Position numbers and translations under genes: made by a program. From Octopus vulgaris (lineage: Eukaryota): a stretch of DNA of 64,000 bases. The notes under the pieces were generated by a model. That model searched no databases, was not told the DNA's origin, and worked only from the letters and a program-made list of their open reading frames with translations. The DNA lies in NCBI GenBank assembly GCA_951406725.2, contig OX597816.1:107198001-107262000 (forward strand), in the 5' to 3' direction. This document shows, in pieces, positions 39,006 to 51,129 of the stretch; the stretch's first letter is position 1; every line of letters begins with the position of its first letter.

Positions 39006-39696
39006 TAATTTTTTTTAAAGAGTTTCTGAGAACTGTCAGGAAAGTTCTATTTGTGGTGTTCCTCTCACTTGAAAAATAATTCTCCATTTTGACAAGTTTT
39101 GGATTTTTGAGATTTAAGCTAAAAGATTGTCAGTTGAAATGATATGTTTTCATTAAGTTGTTTGTTTCCAGAAATAGTTTTAAATCCAGTATTCCTTCCT
39201 TCCTAGTGAACAGAATGCTAAAGTGCTTTAAAAGAAAATGAAAAAAGCAACAAACAAACCAAAAACTCTATTTGAATGCTAATGACGTAGCTAAGTTACT
39301 GTTTTAATTCTTGTTTTATCAAGTGGAGGCAGAAGAAGCATCTGTGATTCTTGCAACTCCATGCTCCTCTTGCCAGATTAGTGATGCTGAATTGGCTAAA
39401 TTTCTGTGGATGAGAAGGCACTTCCAAATGGCTGCAGTTCTGGGTAGGATTGTTTGGGAAAAGTGTTTAGTACAGGGTATCGAGAAGACACAGTATTAGT
39501 GATTTGTGTAAAAGAGGTGGATTCTCTAAGTAAGCTTGATGAAAGAAGTGCATCATGTAGATAACTTGTTAGTTCAGAGGAACAGAAACCATTAGAGCTG
39601 TGGTTCTCAACTGGAAGTCCATATGGCCTTTTGGGGGTCCATATAAATTTTTGCTGTTAAAGTTCAGGTATAATAAACTGCTGATTATTTATTATG

Positions 39697-39895
39697 GCCA
39701 GATTCCATCCTGAACTGCAGCAACAAAGTCCACCAGACACACTTCTTTGTTTGACATCACTGCCTCAAGGTCCTAGATACATTCTAGACCAGTGTCTGCG
39801 ATCATGTGGGTTCCACATGACTAATTTAAATACTTCCAATTCAGGGTGGCACATGCAGTGACCAGATAGTTGTAGATGTCTTTGCTTATAATTCT
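39697..39895 (-). mobile_element. RTE-like LINE C-terminal fragment
   Basis: Minus-strand translation RHLQLSGHCMCHPELEVFKLVMWNPH. Confidence 0.55.
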
Positions 39896-40017
39896 TCCAT
39901 AAACAAAACATTAAAATTTTTTTTTACAATTCCTTATAATATTTAATTATAAAAATACAATAAGTTTTTTTTTATATATATCTTTGCATATATCTTTATG
40001 TACCACCTGCACCTACT

Positions 40018-40270
40018 GTGCAGGTGGTACATAAAAAGCACCATTTGAGCGTGGCCGTTGCCAGTACCACCTGACTGGCCCTCGTGCCGGTAGTAAAAGC
40101 ACCCACTACACTCTCGGAGTGGTTGGCGTTAGGAAGGGCATCCAGCTGTAGAAACTCTGCCAGATCAGATTGGAGTCTGGTGCAGCCATCTGGTTTGCCA
40201 GACCTCAGTCAAATCGTCCAACCCATGCTAGCATGGAAAGTGGACGTTAAACGACGATGATGATGATGAT
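40018..40270 (+). mobile_element. RTE 3'-UTR-only copy with a 5' inversion
   Basis: GGTTGGCGTTAGGAAGGGCATCCAGCTGTAGAAAC..GACGTTAAACGACGATGATGAT. Confidence 0.82.
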
Positions 40271-41424
40271 CTTGAATGGCTATGGGGGTCCAGTTGAGCA
40301 AGATAGGAATCAAAGGGGACCATTGGCAAAAATGGTTGAGAACCATTGTATCAGAGTTACTATGAAAGAAACAGTGAGAAAACAAAGTGCATCTAATGTG
40401 AGTTGTTCTTAAATTTGGTGGAATGTCAACTATTGATTAGTTTTAGAGAAGAAAAAGCTTAAACTTTAGAAATGTAGTTTTAGCAACGTAATTGATTTGA
40501 AATTTATTACAAATTTTATACATGAGAACTAAAAAACTAAACACGTTCTGCTTACAAAAGAATTTGTCTCTATGATAAATAAATTTGATTGTTTGCTGCA
40601 AAGAAACATCTGCAACAATAGTTTCCAAGGAGTCTGCACCCTAGTGTGTGTGTGTGTGTGTGTGTGTGCATGTGTCTATACATACATGTATGTATATATG
40701 AATGCATGTGTGTATGTATGTGTGCTTATATTGTGCATGTGTTTGTGTATGTGTGTGTGTGTGCATGTATGTATACATACATTTATGTATATATGAATGC
40801 ATGTGTGTATGTATGTGTGCATGTGTTGTGCATGCGTGTTTATGTGTGTGCATGCATTTATAGGATGTGATGTGTGTGTGAGAAAGAGATAGATAGAAAA
40901 GATAGATAGTGAGAGGGAGTGCAAAAAAAAGCATGTGTGAGAGAGAACACATGCAAAATAAACTTGTATAGATGTATTTTTATACAAACGATAAATCTGA
41001 CAGATTTTTTTTTAGTGTTTCAAATCTGTCAGATGATTGCATAATTAATGTGATTTTTCTCTGTTTATACTATTGATAATGTGATAATCAATCTGTTTAT
41101 GTCTTTGATAATGTCATTTTCAACCTGTTTATATCACTGAGATTGTTATTTTCAATCCATTTCAGCCATTAGTTATCATTTTTCCTGATGGCAAAAGTTT
41201 AAATGTGTCCGTATATTTTGAAATTAATATTTATTGCAGAGATCAATGATGATTTTTTTTTCTTTCTGTTATGTTTTCATTAATTTATGGATATCAACAC
41301 CTGTGTTAATTCACTCTTTTGCTTTGTATCTTATATTAACATATCTCATATAATGCTTATGAATGCTTTGTGAGTTTAAAAGTTGTTTTGGAAAGAAATA
41401 GTGATAATGGGGGTTTTGTAAAAT

Positions 41425-41825
41425 ATTGGTTTCAAATTTTGGCATAAGGCCAGCAATTTCAACTGGTACTTATTTTATCAACCCCTAAAAGAGTAAAAGA
41501 CAAAGTGGATCTCAGTGGAATTTGAACTCAAAATGTACAGACAGGCAAAATGCCATTAACCCTTTTGTTACTAATCTGGCTAAAACCAGCTCTGGCTCTG
41601 TGGTAAAATGTCTTGTTTTCATAAGTTTTGAATTAAAATCTTCCACCAAGCCTTAGTCACAATTTATGTTCCTAACACTAGCTGAATGATAACTAAGTTA
41701 TTTTACTAAATTCTTTGTTATATTTTAAATATTTGAAAAAACACAGAGCATCTCAAAATAAATACAGTAACGAAAGGGTTAAAGCATTTTGCCAGGTGTG
41801 CTAATGATTCTGGCAGTTTGCCACC
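41425..41825 (-). mobile_element. SINE family C split by a piggyBac MITE
   Basis: AAATGCCATTAA[MITE]AGCATTTTGCC. Confidence 0.78.
41560..41778. mobile_element. piggyBac-type MITE (219 bp)
   Basis: TTAA|CCCTTTTGTTACT...AGTAACGAAAGGG|TTAA; interrupts a SINE. Confidence 0.88.
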
Positions 41826-42151
41826 ATGGGGTTTAGCAAAATACAAAAAAATTACTTCATATTCATTTTTTATTAGATGCTGGGTTGTTTTTCCTAATGA
41901 CCTACTGTTATCTGACCTTCATGAAAGTAGTTGGAGTTGTTGTTTAGCGCCAATTCAGTCCATCAGACTGACAAAATATGATTTTTCTGGCATAGTATAT
42001 GGCATAAACAAATAGTTCAAACATTGAAACTTCATTACCATCTTTCCAAATCCTGTTGCTTTTCATTTTGAAATTTTAATCCTTTACAGTTGTCTTGGTG
42101 TATAAGTAAACCTACTCTTTTGGCTGCAAATTCATCATCATCATCATTTAA

Positions 42152-42372
42152 CCCTTATGTTACCAACCCGGCTGAAACCAGCTCTGACTCTATAGTACAA
42201 ATGTCTTGTTCCATAAGTTTTGAATTGAAGTTTTCCACCAAACCTTAGTCACAATTTATGTTCCTAACACTAGCTTTATGATAACTAAGTTATTTTACTA
42301 AATTCTTTGTTATATTTAAAATCAATTGAAAGAAACACAGAGCATCTCAAAATAAATACAGTAACGAAAGTG
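42152..42372. mobile_element. piggyBac-type MITE, second copy (221 bp)
   Basis: TTAA|CCCTTATGTTAC...GTAACGAAAGTG|TTAA; inserted in the TTAA of an RTE tail. Confidence 0.88.
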
Positions 42373-43105
42373 TTAATGTCCTTCTTCCATGTTGGCATGG
42401 TTTGACAGGAGCTGGCCAGGCAGAAGACTACACCATACTTTTACGACTGGATGCCCTTTCAAATGCCAACCACTTTACAGTGTGGGCTGGATGTTTTTTA
42501 AGTGACACCAACACTAGCAGAGTCACGAAGTAACTTTGCAAGACCTGGTCTGATAAAAGTAACTTGTATGCTGGAAAATACAGTATTCTCAAAAATGCTT
42601 CAGTCCAGAACATCTGATTTTTATTATTTTTTCTTTCCCATATAATATTCCTAGGACTCTATTTATCAATATTTTCTTAATTTCTGTAAATATGATATGG
42701 TGTAATTTGTAGGAAATTTGGCTGCCATTTCTAGCAAGTCGACTGACTTCCTAGAACCTTTCTTTGTTGACATGTCAAGAGAATAAATATCTTCCCTTAG
42801 GGAGAATAGCATTAAAGAATTAGCCTATTTATTTGTGAATGTATTTCTAACAATAATACTCCACATGATTTTAGTAAATTTTAAATAATAAAATAACTGT
42901 TATTATATCTAATCTGTTGGTATATTAAACACTGTCACTTTAAACTCAGCTTGAAAGGTTTAGTCGAAGAAATTGACCCCAATGCTTATTATTTATATAG
43001 TCTTATACTTGTTACATGAGTCTTTTTTGTCAGACTGCTAAGTTACAGGGATGTCAACAAATCAACATCAGTTGTCCTTGGCATGAGGCCAAACACAAAA
43101 ACATG

Positions 43106-43170
<65 letters not shown>

Positions 43171-43174
<4 letters not shown>

Positions 43175-43388
43175 GCATCATCCTCCTCCTCTACTATGCA
43201 AATATTCTTTTAAAAAACTTTTCTTTTAATTTTTCCAAAATTTAATTGTTTTCCATACTTACAGTTGAAAAAGTCTCAACGACTGAAACTGGTACTGAAA
43301 TGTTTTTTATAAAATTAATTTAGCATTTTCTACCTTAACTTTTTTTTCCATATATATTAAATCATGTGTTCCTTTTCAACCTTCTACA
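43171..43388 (+). mobile_element. PLE-type pLTR fragment inside a (TA)n tract
   Basis: (TA)n on both sides; contains a hammerhead motif. Confidence 0.6.
43262..43297 (+). ncRNA. Minimal hammerhead motif with U3:A8 core
   Basis: CAG TTGAAAA AGTC-tcaac-GACT GAAA CTGG TA CTG, within a ~215-bp insert flanked by (TA)n. Confidence 0.6.
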
Positions 43389-43431
43389 TATATATATATA
43401 TATATAACAGAAGTTGAAAATGCACTGGAAT

Positions 43432-43649
43432 TTACTCTTTTACTTGTTTCAGTCATTTGACTGTAGCCATGCTGGAGCACCACCTTTAGTTGAGCAAATT
43501 GACCCCAGGACTTATTCTTTGTAAGCCTAGTACTTATTCTATTGGTCTCTTTTGCCGAACCACTAAGTTACGGGGACGTAAACACACCAGCATCGATTGT
43601 CAAGCAATGCTGGAGGGACAAACACAGACACACAAACATATACACACAT

Positions 43650-43715
<66 letters not shown>

Positions 43716-43762
43716 GACAGGCTTCTTTCAATTTCTGTCTACCAAATCCACTCACAAGGCTT
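43432..43762 (-). mobile_element. SINE family A (head missing)
   Basis: Reverse complement of family A. Confidence 0.82.
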
Positions 43763-44969
43763 GTTTAAATTTTTTATTGTTAACACCGAACTACAAGCGT
43801 TCAATGGTTAGAGGTCAGAGACCGGTTGGTATCAAGGATTAAGTCATCCTCTATTAATCATTTATTAACTTAAGGTGAGTAGGTTATCTACTATATATGA
43901 AAGCAGAGTATTGCATGCATTATGGGTGAATAGCCTGAGAGGTGCCAGTCTTTTAAAATTGTTTTGGAACCAATCAAAGAATTTGGTAGATGGAAACTGT
44001 ATGGAAACCCTTTGGACGTGTGTGTATCAACACTATATATACAGGCAGTGCATTGAAAAGATACGCTACATTATTTAGTTCCCTGGGAGTTATGTTCCTT
44101 TCTTTTGGTCAATTTGCCTTTCATTCTTGGTGCTGGAGTCAATATAATCATAAAGTTGGTTATAGTGCTCCAGCATGGCTGCAGTTCAATGATTAAGACT
44201 GCAAAGAGAAACTTTAAAAAAATAACAAATGAATAAAAAGCATAACTAGTTTTTCTGTCAACAATTAGACTATCTGATCCACATTTGGTTAACTAAAAAG
44301 AAATTGCATTCTACCATCACAATATATCTCATTAGTTAATTAAAGCTATTTTTGAAAAATGAACTGAAGAAAATTCTGGTGAAATATTTGCATTCTTCAT
44401 ATTTTCCTGATCTTCCCTCTTCATATCGTGTTTCAAGAATCAGAAAAATGACTAAAAACAATGCAAAAGCCAATCTTTTAAAAATCACCTGAATTTTTAT
44501 CTCACAGGATATTAAAAATATTCTCTGTTCTTGTTGGTCTGTCAAAAGATTTCTAATACAATATCAAGTCCACATAGTTTTAGAAAAAGGAGAGACAATC
44601 GGCTGATTATATTGATGCAAATACTTGGCTGGTTTTGACTTATTTTATTATCTAACACGAAAGAATTGAATGCAAAGTCAAATCTCAGCAGGATTAGAAT
44701 TGAGTGAGAATATTGAGAATGCAATGTGACATGACTGAATACTGCAAGATATTTTGTCTAATGTTCTACTGATTCTGTGAATCCAATAAAAATAGAAGAC
44801 AATATTAGATTTTAAAATGTCAATCCTGCATTTTTGATTTTCTGTTATTTTTGAAGAGGAGTTAGACTGAAGTGATTTAAAGCATTTTGTTAAGAACATT
44901 GGCCATAAAATGATCTGATCAATTGGATTGATCTTTCAAAGGAAATTGAATGATCAATGCAAAGAATGG

Positions 44970-45365
44970 TTCTTTTATCTTTTATTTGTTTCAGTCATTG
45001 GACTGTGGCCATGCTGGGGCACTGCATTGAAGGGTTTAGTCAAACAGTTCAATCCAGTACTTTTTTTTTATAAACCTGGTATTTATTCCTTTGGTCCCTT
45101 TTTGCTGAGCTGCTAAGTTATGGGTATGTAAAGGAAAACAACACTACTAGTCAAGTGGTGGTAAGACATGCATGCAACCCCCCCCACACACCCATGTGTG
45201 CATACACACATATATTACATAATGATTTTCTTTTATTTTCCACCTACCAAATCTATTCACAAGGCTTTGGTTGGCTCAAGGCTAAAGCAGAAGACACTTA
45301 GCCAAGGTGCCAAGCAGTGGGACTGACCGTGAAATCATGTGTTTCAGAATCAAAATTATTATCAC
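44970..45365 (-). mobile_element. SINE family A
   Basis: Reverse complement of family A. Confidence 0.78.
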
Positions 45366-45675
45366 ACATCTGAAAAATTTTATTAACATCTCAATTAGGA
45401 AAACAATAACATTGTTTGGTTATGCTTTGAATGGGTATATCGTTGTTTCACTACATGAAGGACAAGGAAGTGCATGTAAGCCAATGCAGAACAAATATAT
45501 CAAAGGACTTTGTTCATATAGCTGGAGATTTTTGATTTTTGTGATGATATGGATATTTTCCACCTATAAACATTGCTGAAAGTTGTACATGTATCTTCTT
45601 CCAATCTGCCTGCCTTTCTATCTGTCTATTTATCTGTCTGTGTCTGTCTACACACACACACACACACACGTATAT

Positions 45676-47900
45676 TAGTCATTTAATGCTTGCTTTCCAT
45701 GCTGGCATGGGTTGGATGGTTTGACTGAGGGCTGGCAAGCCAGATGGCTGCATCAGGCTCCAATCCAATCTGGCAAAGTTTCTACAGCTGGATGCCCTTC
45801 CTAACGCCAACCACTCCAAGAGTGAAGTGAGTGCTTTTTATGTGCCACTGGCATGAGTGCCAGTCAGGTGGTACTGGCATTGACCACACATTAATGGTGC
45901 TTTTTACGTGCCATTGGCACAGGACCAGTCAGCCAGCACTGGTATCGACCACACTCAGATGGTGCATTTTATGTGCCATTGGCATGGGAGCCAGTCAGGT
46001 GGCACTGGCAACGATCATGCTTGAATGGTGCTTTTTACATGCCACTGGCACAGGACCAGTTAGGTGACACTGGCATCGACCACACTTGAATGGTGCTTGG
46101 CCACAACACTAACTTCACTTGCTCAACAGGTCTTTGCAAGCGCAGATTTTGTCCAATGATTGTGGCCCAACGTTCAAAGGTCGAGCTTCTCCATTTTATC
46201 CAAGGTCTTCCTGGGTCTACCTCTTCCATAAGTTTCCTCTACTGCTAGGGTGTGACACTTTTTCACACAGCTGTCCTCATCCATATGCAACTCATGACTA
46301 TACCAGCGCAGTCATGTACCATATGTGATGCTTCTAATGTCCAACTTTTCTCTTAGGCCGCTTACATTCTGTCGTGTGTGATCACTGACATTATACATCC
46401 AGCAGAGCATATTAGCTTCATTCCTTGCAAACTTACGCATGTCCTCAGCAGTTACAGTGCATGTTTTACTGCCATGTAGCATGGCTGTTCGCACACATGC
46501 ATCATACAGTCTACCTTTTACTCTGAGTAAGAGGCCCTTTCTCACCAGCAGAGGTAGGAGCTCTCTGAACTTTGCCCACGCTATTTTTATTGTAGCAGCT
46601 ACACTCTCAGAGCATCCACCCCCGCTACTGACTAGGTCACCTAGGTGATGGAAGCTATCAACTACTTGTAGTTTTTTTCCCCCTGGAATGTGACGGAAGC
46701 TGTTTTCTGCACATTTTCAGTGTTTATAGCCCCTGAGCATTTGCCATGCACAAAAACTATTTTCCCAATTAGCCTTCCTTTTGATATTGCTGCACCTCTT
46801 ATGTGTCCTTAGCTTACACTGGGTACATCCTATGGAGTTTCTTTGGTCCCCACGACGCAGAATATTGGCAAAGTTTTTTCTTATCTGCTTCCACTCTGGC
46901 TAAGTAAACCTATATCCTAGCTTCCCTTCTGGCAAGCTGATACAATTCCCTGCTACCACTGTTCTTCCAGTCCTTCCATGCCTGTTTCTTTTCCCTAATG
47001 GCCCTGTCAACTACATTGTTCCACCACCACACTACCTTGGGCCGAAAGGAGACTTTACACCATCCACTGATCTGGTCAATAGCCCTCAACAGGTTGTCCC
47101 ATAGAAACCTCCAGTTGTCTTCCACATCATGTGATGTTATATCCCCCTCTATTTCATCAAAAGCTTCAAGTAATATGTCTCTAAATCTCTGCCCATTCGC
47201 AGGATCCTTAAGCTTCCAGACCCTTCTTCTCCATGCTCTTCTTCTTCTGTACTAATCTATGTTGTGGGGTGCATTCTTCACCTGGGAAGGTTTTGGCATT
47301 TATAAGTAGCCATCTTCCCCATTTTCTAGCGAGGATGTAATTAATTTGACTTGTGTGTCTACCAGATCGGTAGGTGAATAGGTGACTGGCAGGTTTCCTG
47401 AAGTCAATATTACAAACTACAAGATCATTTGCATTGCAGAACTCCAGCAGCCTGGTTCCTTCTTTATTGTGGGAACCAAAACCATTGCCTCCATGTATGC
47501 CATGGACGCTCCCTGCATATTGTCCAACATGCCCATTAAAGTCGCCAGCCACAAAGGGAAGGTCCCTGTCATTCATTGACGAAGTAGTCTGCAAGAGGGT
47601 GTCATAAAATCAGCCTTTCTGTTCATCAGGTAGCCCTGGCTGAGGGGCATAGGCCGAGATAATGGTTGCTAACACATGTTGAAGCACTAATCTTATCTTA
47701 AGTATTCTATCACAGACTCTGACTACCTCGATTGCCTTATCAACCTATTTCTCTGCAAGAAGTATACCCATGCCCTCAATCCCGTCAGTGTTCCCTGCCC
47801 AGAAAATCTTATATCTATGTTCATTGCCTGTGAAGAACCTAGCAGAACTTACTCTCCACCTTGCTTCTTGGATGCAGCACAAATCTACACGTCTCCATTC
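45676..47900 (-). mobile_element. RTE-clade LINE, decayed and internally deleted (APE endonuclease, linker, C-terminal region, long 3' UTR)
   Basis: APE motifs VDLCCIQEARW, AGDFNGHVG, FTYRSGRHTSQINYIL and QHRLV; linker WWWNNVVDRAIREKK; C-terminal LRVKGRLYDACVRTAMLHGS. The RT core is missing around 46840-46900. Confidence 0.9.
45831..46100. repeat. ~65-bp tandem units within the RTE 3' UTR
   Basis: Unit starts at 45831, 45897, 45962, 46028 and 46093. Confidence 0.85.
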
Positions 47901-47934
47901 AAACATCATACACACACGCACGTGCGCACACACA

Positions 47935-47979
<45 letters not shown>

Positions 47980-48789
47980 ATATATATACATGCTGTGTGT
48001 TAAATAAAAGTAAGTACAGGGGTTCAATTCGTTTGACTAAAATTCTTCAAGGTAGTATCCCAGTATGGCCTGGCCACAGTCTAATGACTGAAACAAATTA
48101 AAGATAACAGATAAAGTGTACACACACACACATGCACGCACTCACACACACAATATAAAACAAAAAGAAATTATTTTTTTGTCATGCAAAACTTTTGAAA
48201 AAAATCTATCAATATTTCCAAGACTGAGATATCATAGCTCTCTCTGTAACTTGCAAATCCTCTTCAAGATAATGGCTTGTCAAAGTTAATCTTATTCTAG
48301 ATTTAATGACTTTCCTTTTAAGATAGGAATTTCTGCTAAATGTAGCAGCATGTTTTCTAGTGAAAGATATTGTTTTAGTGATAGAATTTTTCAGGAATAA
48401 AACTTCAATAAAAATTCATCTATAAGAGGAATTTTTATTCATGTTACAGAAGTTCATTAATTTAATGTTAGATTGTTTCCATTTGCAGTTCGTTTCATGT
48501 CATTTTTTTCCCCTGCCCACAAATGAATATTAAATGGATTCTTGAGAAAAGGTTAAAATCCTCTTCTTTAGCTTTGAAGTATTAAAATCTGGAGTTGGCT
48601 TCTTTTATTTTTTGAATCATTTAACCCAACAGCAAAAGTAATGCATTCATGTTTCTTGTGATTGGTTAATGTGAGGAATAAAACATATTACCAGTCATGA
48701 GTTGATTCTCCCTGACCTGAAGTTTGATTCAATATACAATACAGGAATTAATTGAATTAATTGCTGTTATCTTTGCTATTATAAATGAA

Positions 48790-49592
48790 GGTGGCTGTGG
48801 GGTAAGAAGCTTGCTTCTCAATCACATGGTTCTGGGCTCAGTCCTGCTGTGTGGCACCTTGGGCTGACCAAAGCCTTGTGAGTGGATTTGGTAGACAGAA
48901 ATTATAAAAGGTACTTTTTTTCTGTCAAGGGCTTATAGGCCCCATTATTAGATTATTTTCCTTAGTCATTGCACAGTGATTGCTATAAGCTTTAGGCTTA
49001 TATAGATACCATTATTATTATTTACAGGATTGTAAAACTTGGTGCCGTATAACAAAACCATTTGCACTGAAAGCATATAGAAAGTTTGTTTCCAAAAACA
49101 ACTACAAACTAATATAGTTCTTAAATTTGACAGAAACAGGGAGGCTAATTCACTGTGTAATGGTAACACATTTAGTCATGTGAACAAAGGGATGTGGGTT
49201 TGTGTTCCATGCAGATAGGAAAGCCTACTTTTTTCTGCTGAGGTCTTATATGCCCCATTATTAGACTGCTTTCCTTAATCATTGCACGGTGATCGCTATA
49301 AGCTCTAGGCTTATATAGATACCATTATTATTATTTACAGGATTGTAAAACACGGCGCCGTATAACAAAACAATTAGCATCGAATGCACACATATGTATA
49401 TATGTGTGTTTGACCCCCTCACCAGTTACTTGACAACCAGCGTTCATGTGTTTACATCCCCTTAATTTAGCAGTTTGGCAAAAGAAACTGATACAATAAG
49501 TACCAGGCTTAAAAAAAATAAGTTCTGGGGTCAATTCATTCGCCGAAAAATTCAAGGTAGTGCCCCAGCATGGCTGCAGTCTAATTAAAAGA
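48790..49592 (+). mobile_element. SINE family A split by a ~477-bp insert (48912-49388)
   Basis: Head at 48790-48911 and tail at 49389-49592. Confidence 0.75.
48912..49388. repeat. Insert with ~163-bp direct terminal repeats (48912-49075 and 49226-49388)
   Basis: Both copies share TAGGCTTATATAGATACCATTATTATTATTTACAGGATTGTAAAAC. Confidence 0.85.
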
Positions 49593-49629
49593 TAATTTAA
49601 TTAAAATGGATTGTCAAGGCTTGTTGCCA

Positions 49630-49990
49630 CAGGCATAACTATGTGGATAAGAAGCTCCAATTGCAACCACATAGTTTCAGGTTCAACCCTGGGTTGACCA
49701 GTACCTGGTGAGTGGATTTGTTAGCTGGAAACTGTATGGAAGCTTGTTGTATATATTTGTGTGTGTCTATGTTTTTGTGTTTGAACTTTTCCCTCCACTG
49801 CTTTACATCCAATGCTGGTTTGTTTATGTCCCTGTAACCTAGCAGTTCAGCAAAACAAAAACAAAAAAACTGATAGAATACTAACCTTAAAAAAAAAAAT
49901 TACTGGAGTTGACTTGTTCGATTAAACCCTTCAAGACAGTGCCACAGTCCAATGACTAAAAGATGTAAAAGATAAAAGATATCCATGAAA
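49630..49990 (+). mobile_element. SINE family A
   Basis: Colinear with 4158-4580, diverged. Confidence 0.75.
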
Positions 49991-50590
49991 AGTAAAAGAT
50001 CCATCAATCCAATTATTTTTGTTTCACTTTGCTATTTATTTCCAGAAAGACATAGTTTTACCTCTGAGTTTGTAAAAATATTGAAGCAACTTCTGTTTAC
50101 TTAGCCAGTGAGCTTCCCTACAACATACTAGGATTTAAGTAAATTTTTGCTTGAAATAAATAAATTCATAACATTTTCAAATTTTATTAGTTTAGTTCAT
50201 AAATGCTTTTGAAAAATTATTTAATTCATTACGAAATTTAGAGAAGCTAATTCTGATTTTAATTCAAGAAAAAAAATATCTGTTTCAGACCCAACATTGC
50301 AGAACTTATTTATTGTTACTTTTTTTAAGGTGAGATTGAACTTATTATTGCTTCTGGTAGAGGAGTAGTTTTATGGTAGAACCATATTTCAAATAGGACA
50401 CAAATTGTTCCACCAAATTTAACCAAATTTAAGTTTTCATAGCCAAGTTCTCTCCAAAATTTTCCAATCTCATCAAATTTACATCAAAACTATTCTGTAC
50501 AGTTACAACAACAACAATAACAACAACCACATCTATTGAGATAATGCCAACAACAACAACTTTATTATTGCTTTATTCCTTTCATAAACT

Positions 50591-50662
50591 ATGAAAGCTG
50601 CCATTACAGGAAATTATATTTATTTCTTCATAAATATCATTTCCTGTAATGGCAGGTTTCAT
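50591..50662. other. 72-nt hairpin: 33-bp stem (2 mismatches) with a 6-nt loop
   Basis: ATGAAAGCTGCCATTACAGGAAATTATATTTAT-TTCTTC-ATAAATATCATTTCCTGTAATGGCAGGTTTCAT. Confidence 0.9.
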
Positions 50663-50885
50663 TCTTTCGATTCCTAACATTCCTTCAGTAATATTATAGA
50701 CTGTACCAATACCACATACAACAATTGAACTTAATAAGTAATATAGTTAGGGTGGGAAGGGCAAGGGATTGGTCCACCTTGGAGGGCAGGTACTTTTGTT
50801 TGGGGGTCTGTAGGATAGGTCAGGGGTGATAAATTCAAGGGTTGCAAATGGATACTTGTTGTTGATAACTTGCAGTGACACAGAA

Positions 50886-50900
50886 ATGCATGCATGCATG

Positions 50901-50958
<58 letters not shown>

Positions 50959-51122
50959 TACATACATACATACATACATGCATATATGCATGCATGCATA
51001 CATACATACATGCATGCATATATGCATGCATGCATACATACATACATGCATGCATGCATACATACATACATGCATGCATATATGCATGCATGCATACATA
51101 CATACATACATACATACATACA
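50886..51122. repeat. (CA)n plus (CATA/CATG)n array with a higher-order 44-bp duplication
   Basis: Directly visible. Confidence 0.85.
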
Positions 51123-51129
51123 GGATGAA

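Larger units (their letters stand above)
39598..40348. mobile_element. hAT (Charlie-like) MITE carrying two nested LINE insertions
   Basis: TIR CTGTGGTTCTCAAC/GTTGAGAACCATTG; 8-bp TSD CATTAGAG/TATCAGAG; an uninterrupted reverse copy lies at 22970-23220. Confidence 0.8.

Noticed and set aside
39311-39499. 62-aa ORF as the next FLVCR exon
   Set aside because: Lacks the expected G.A.GF..PP continuation and any TM character.
45831-46100. CRISPR-like regularly spaced repeats
   Set aside because: Whole units are homologous with no unique spacers, there are no cas genes, and they lie in a eukaryotic LINE 3' UTR.
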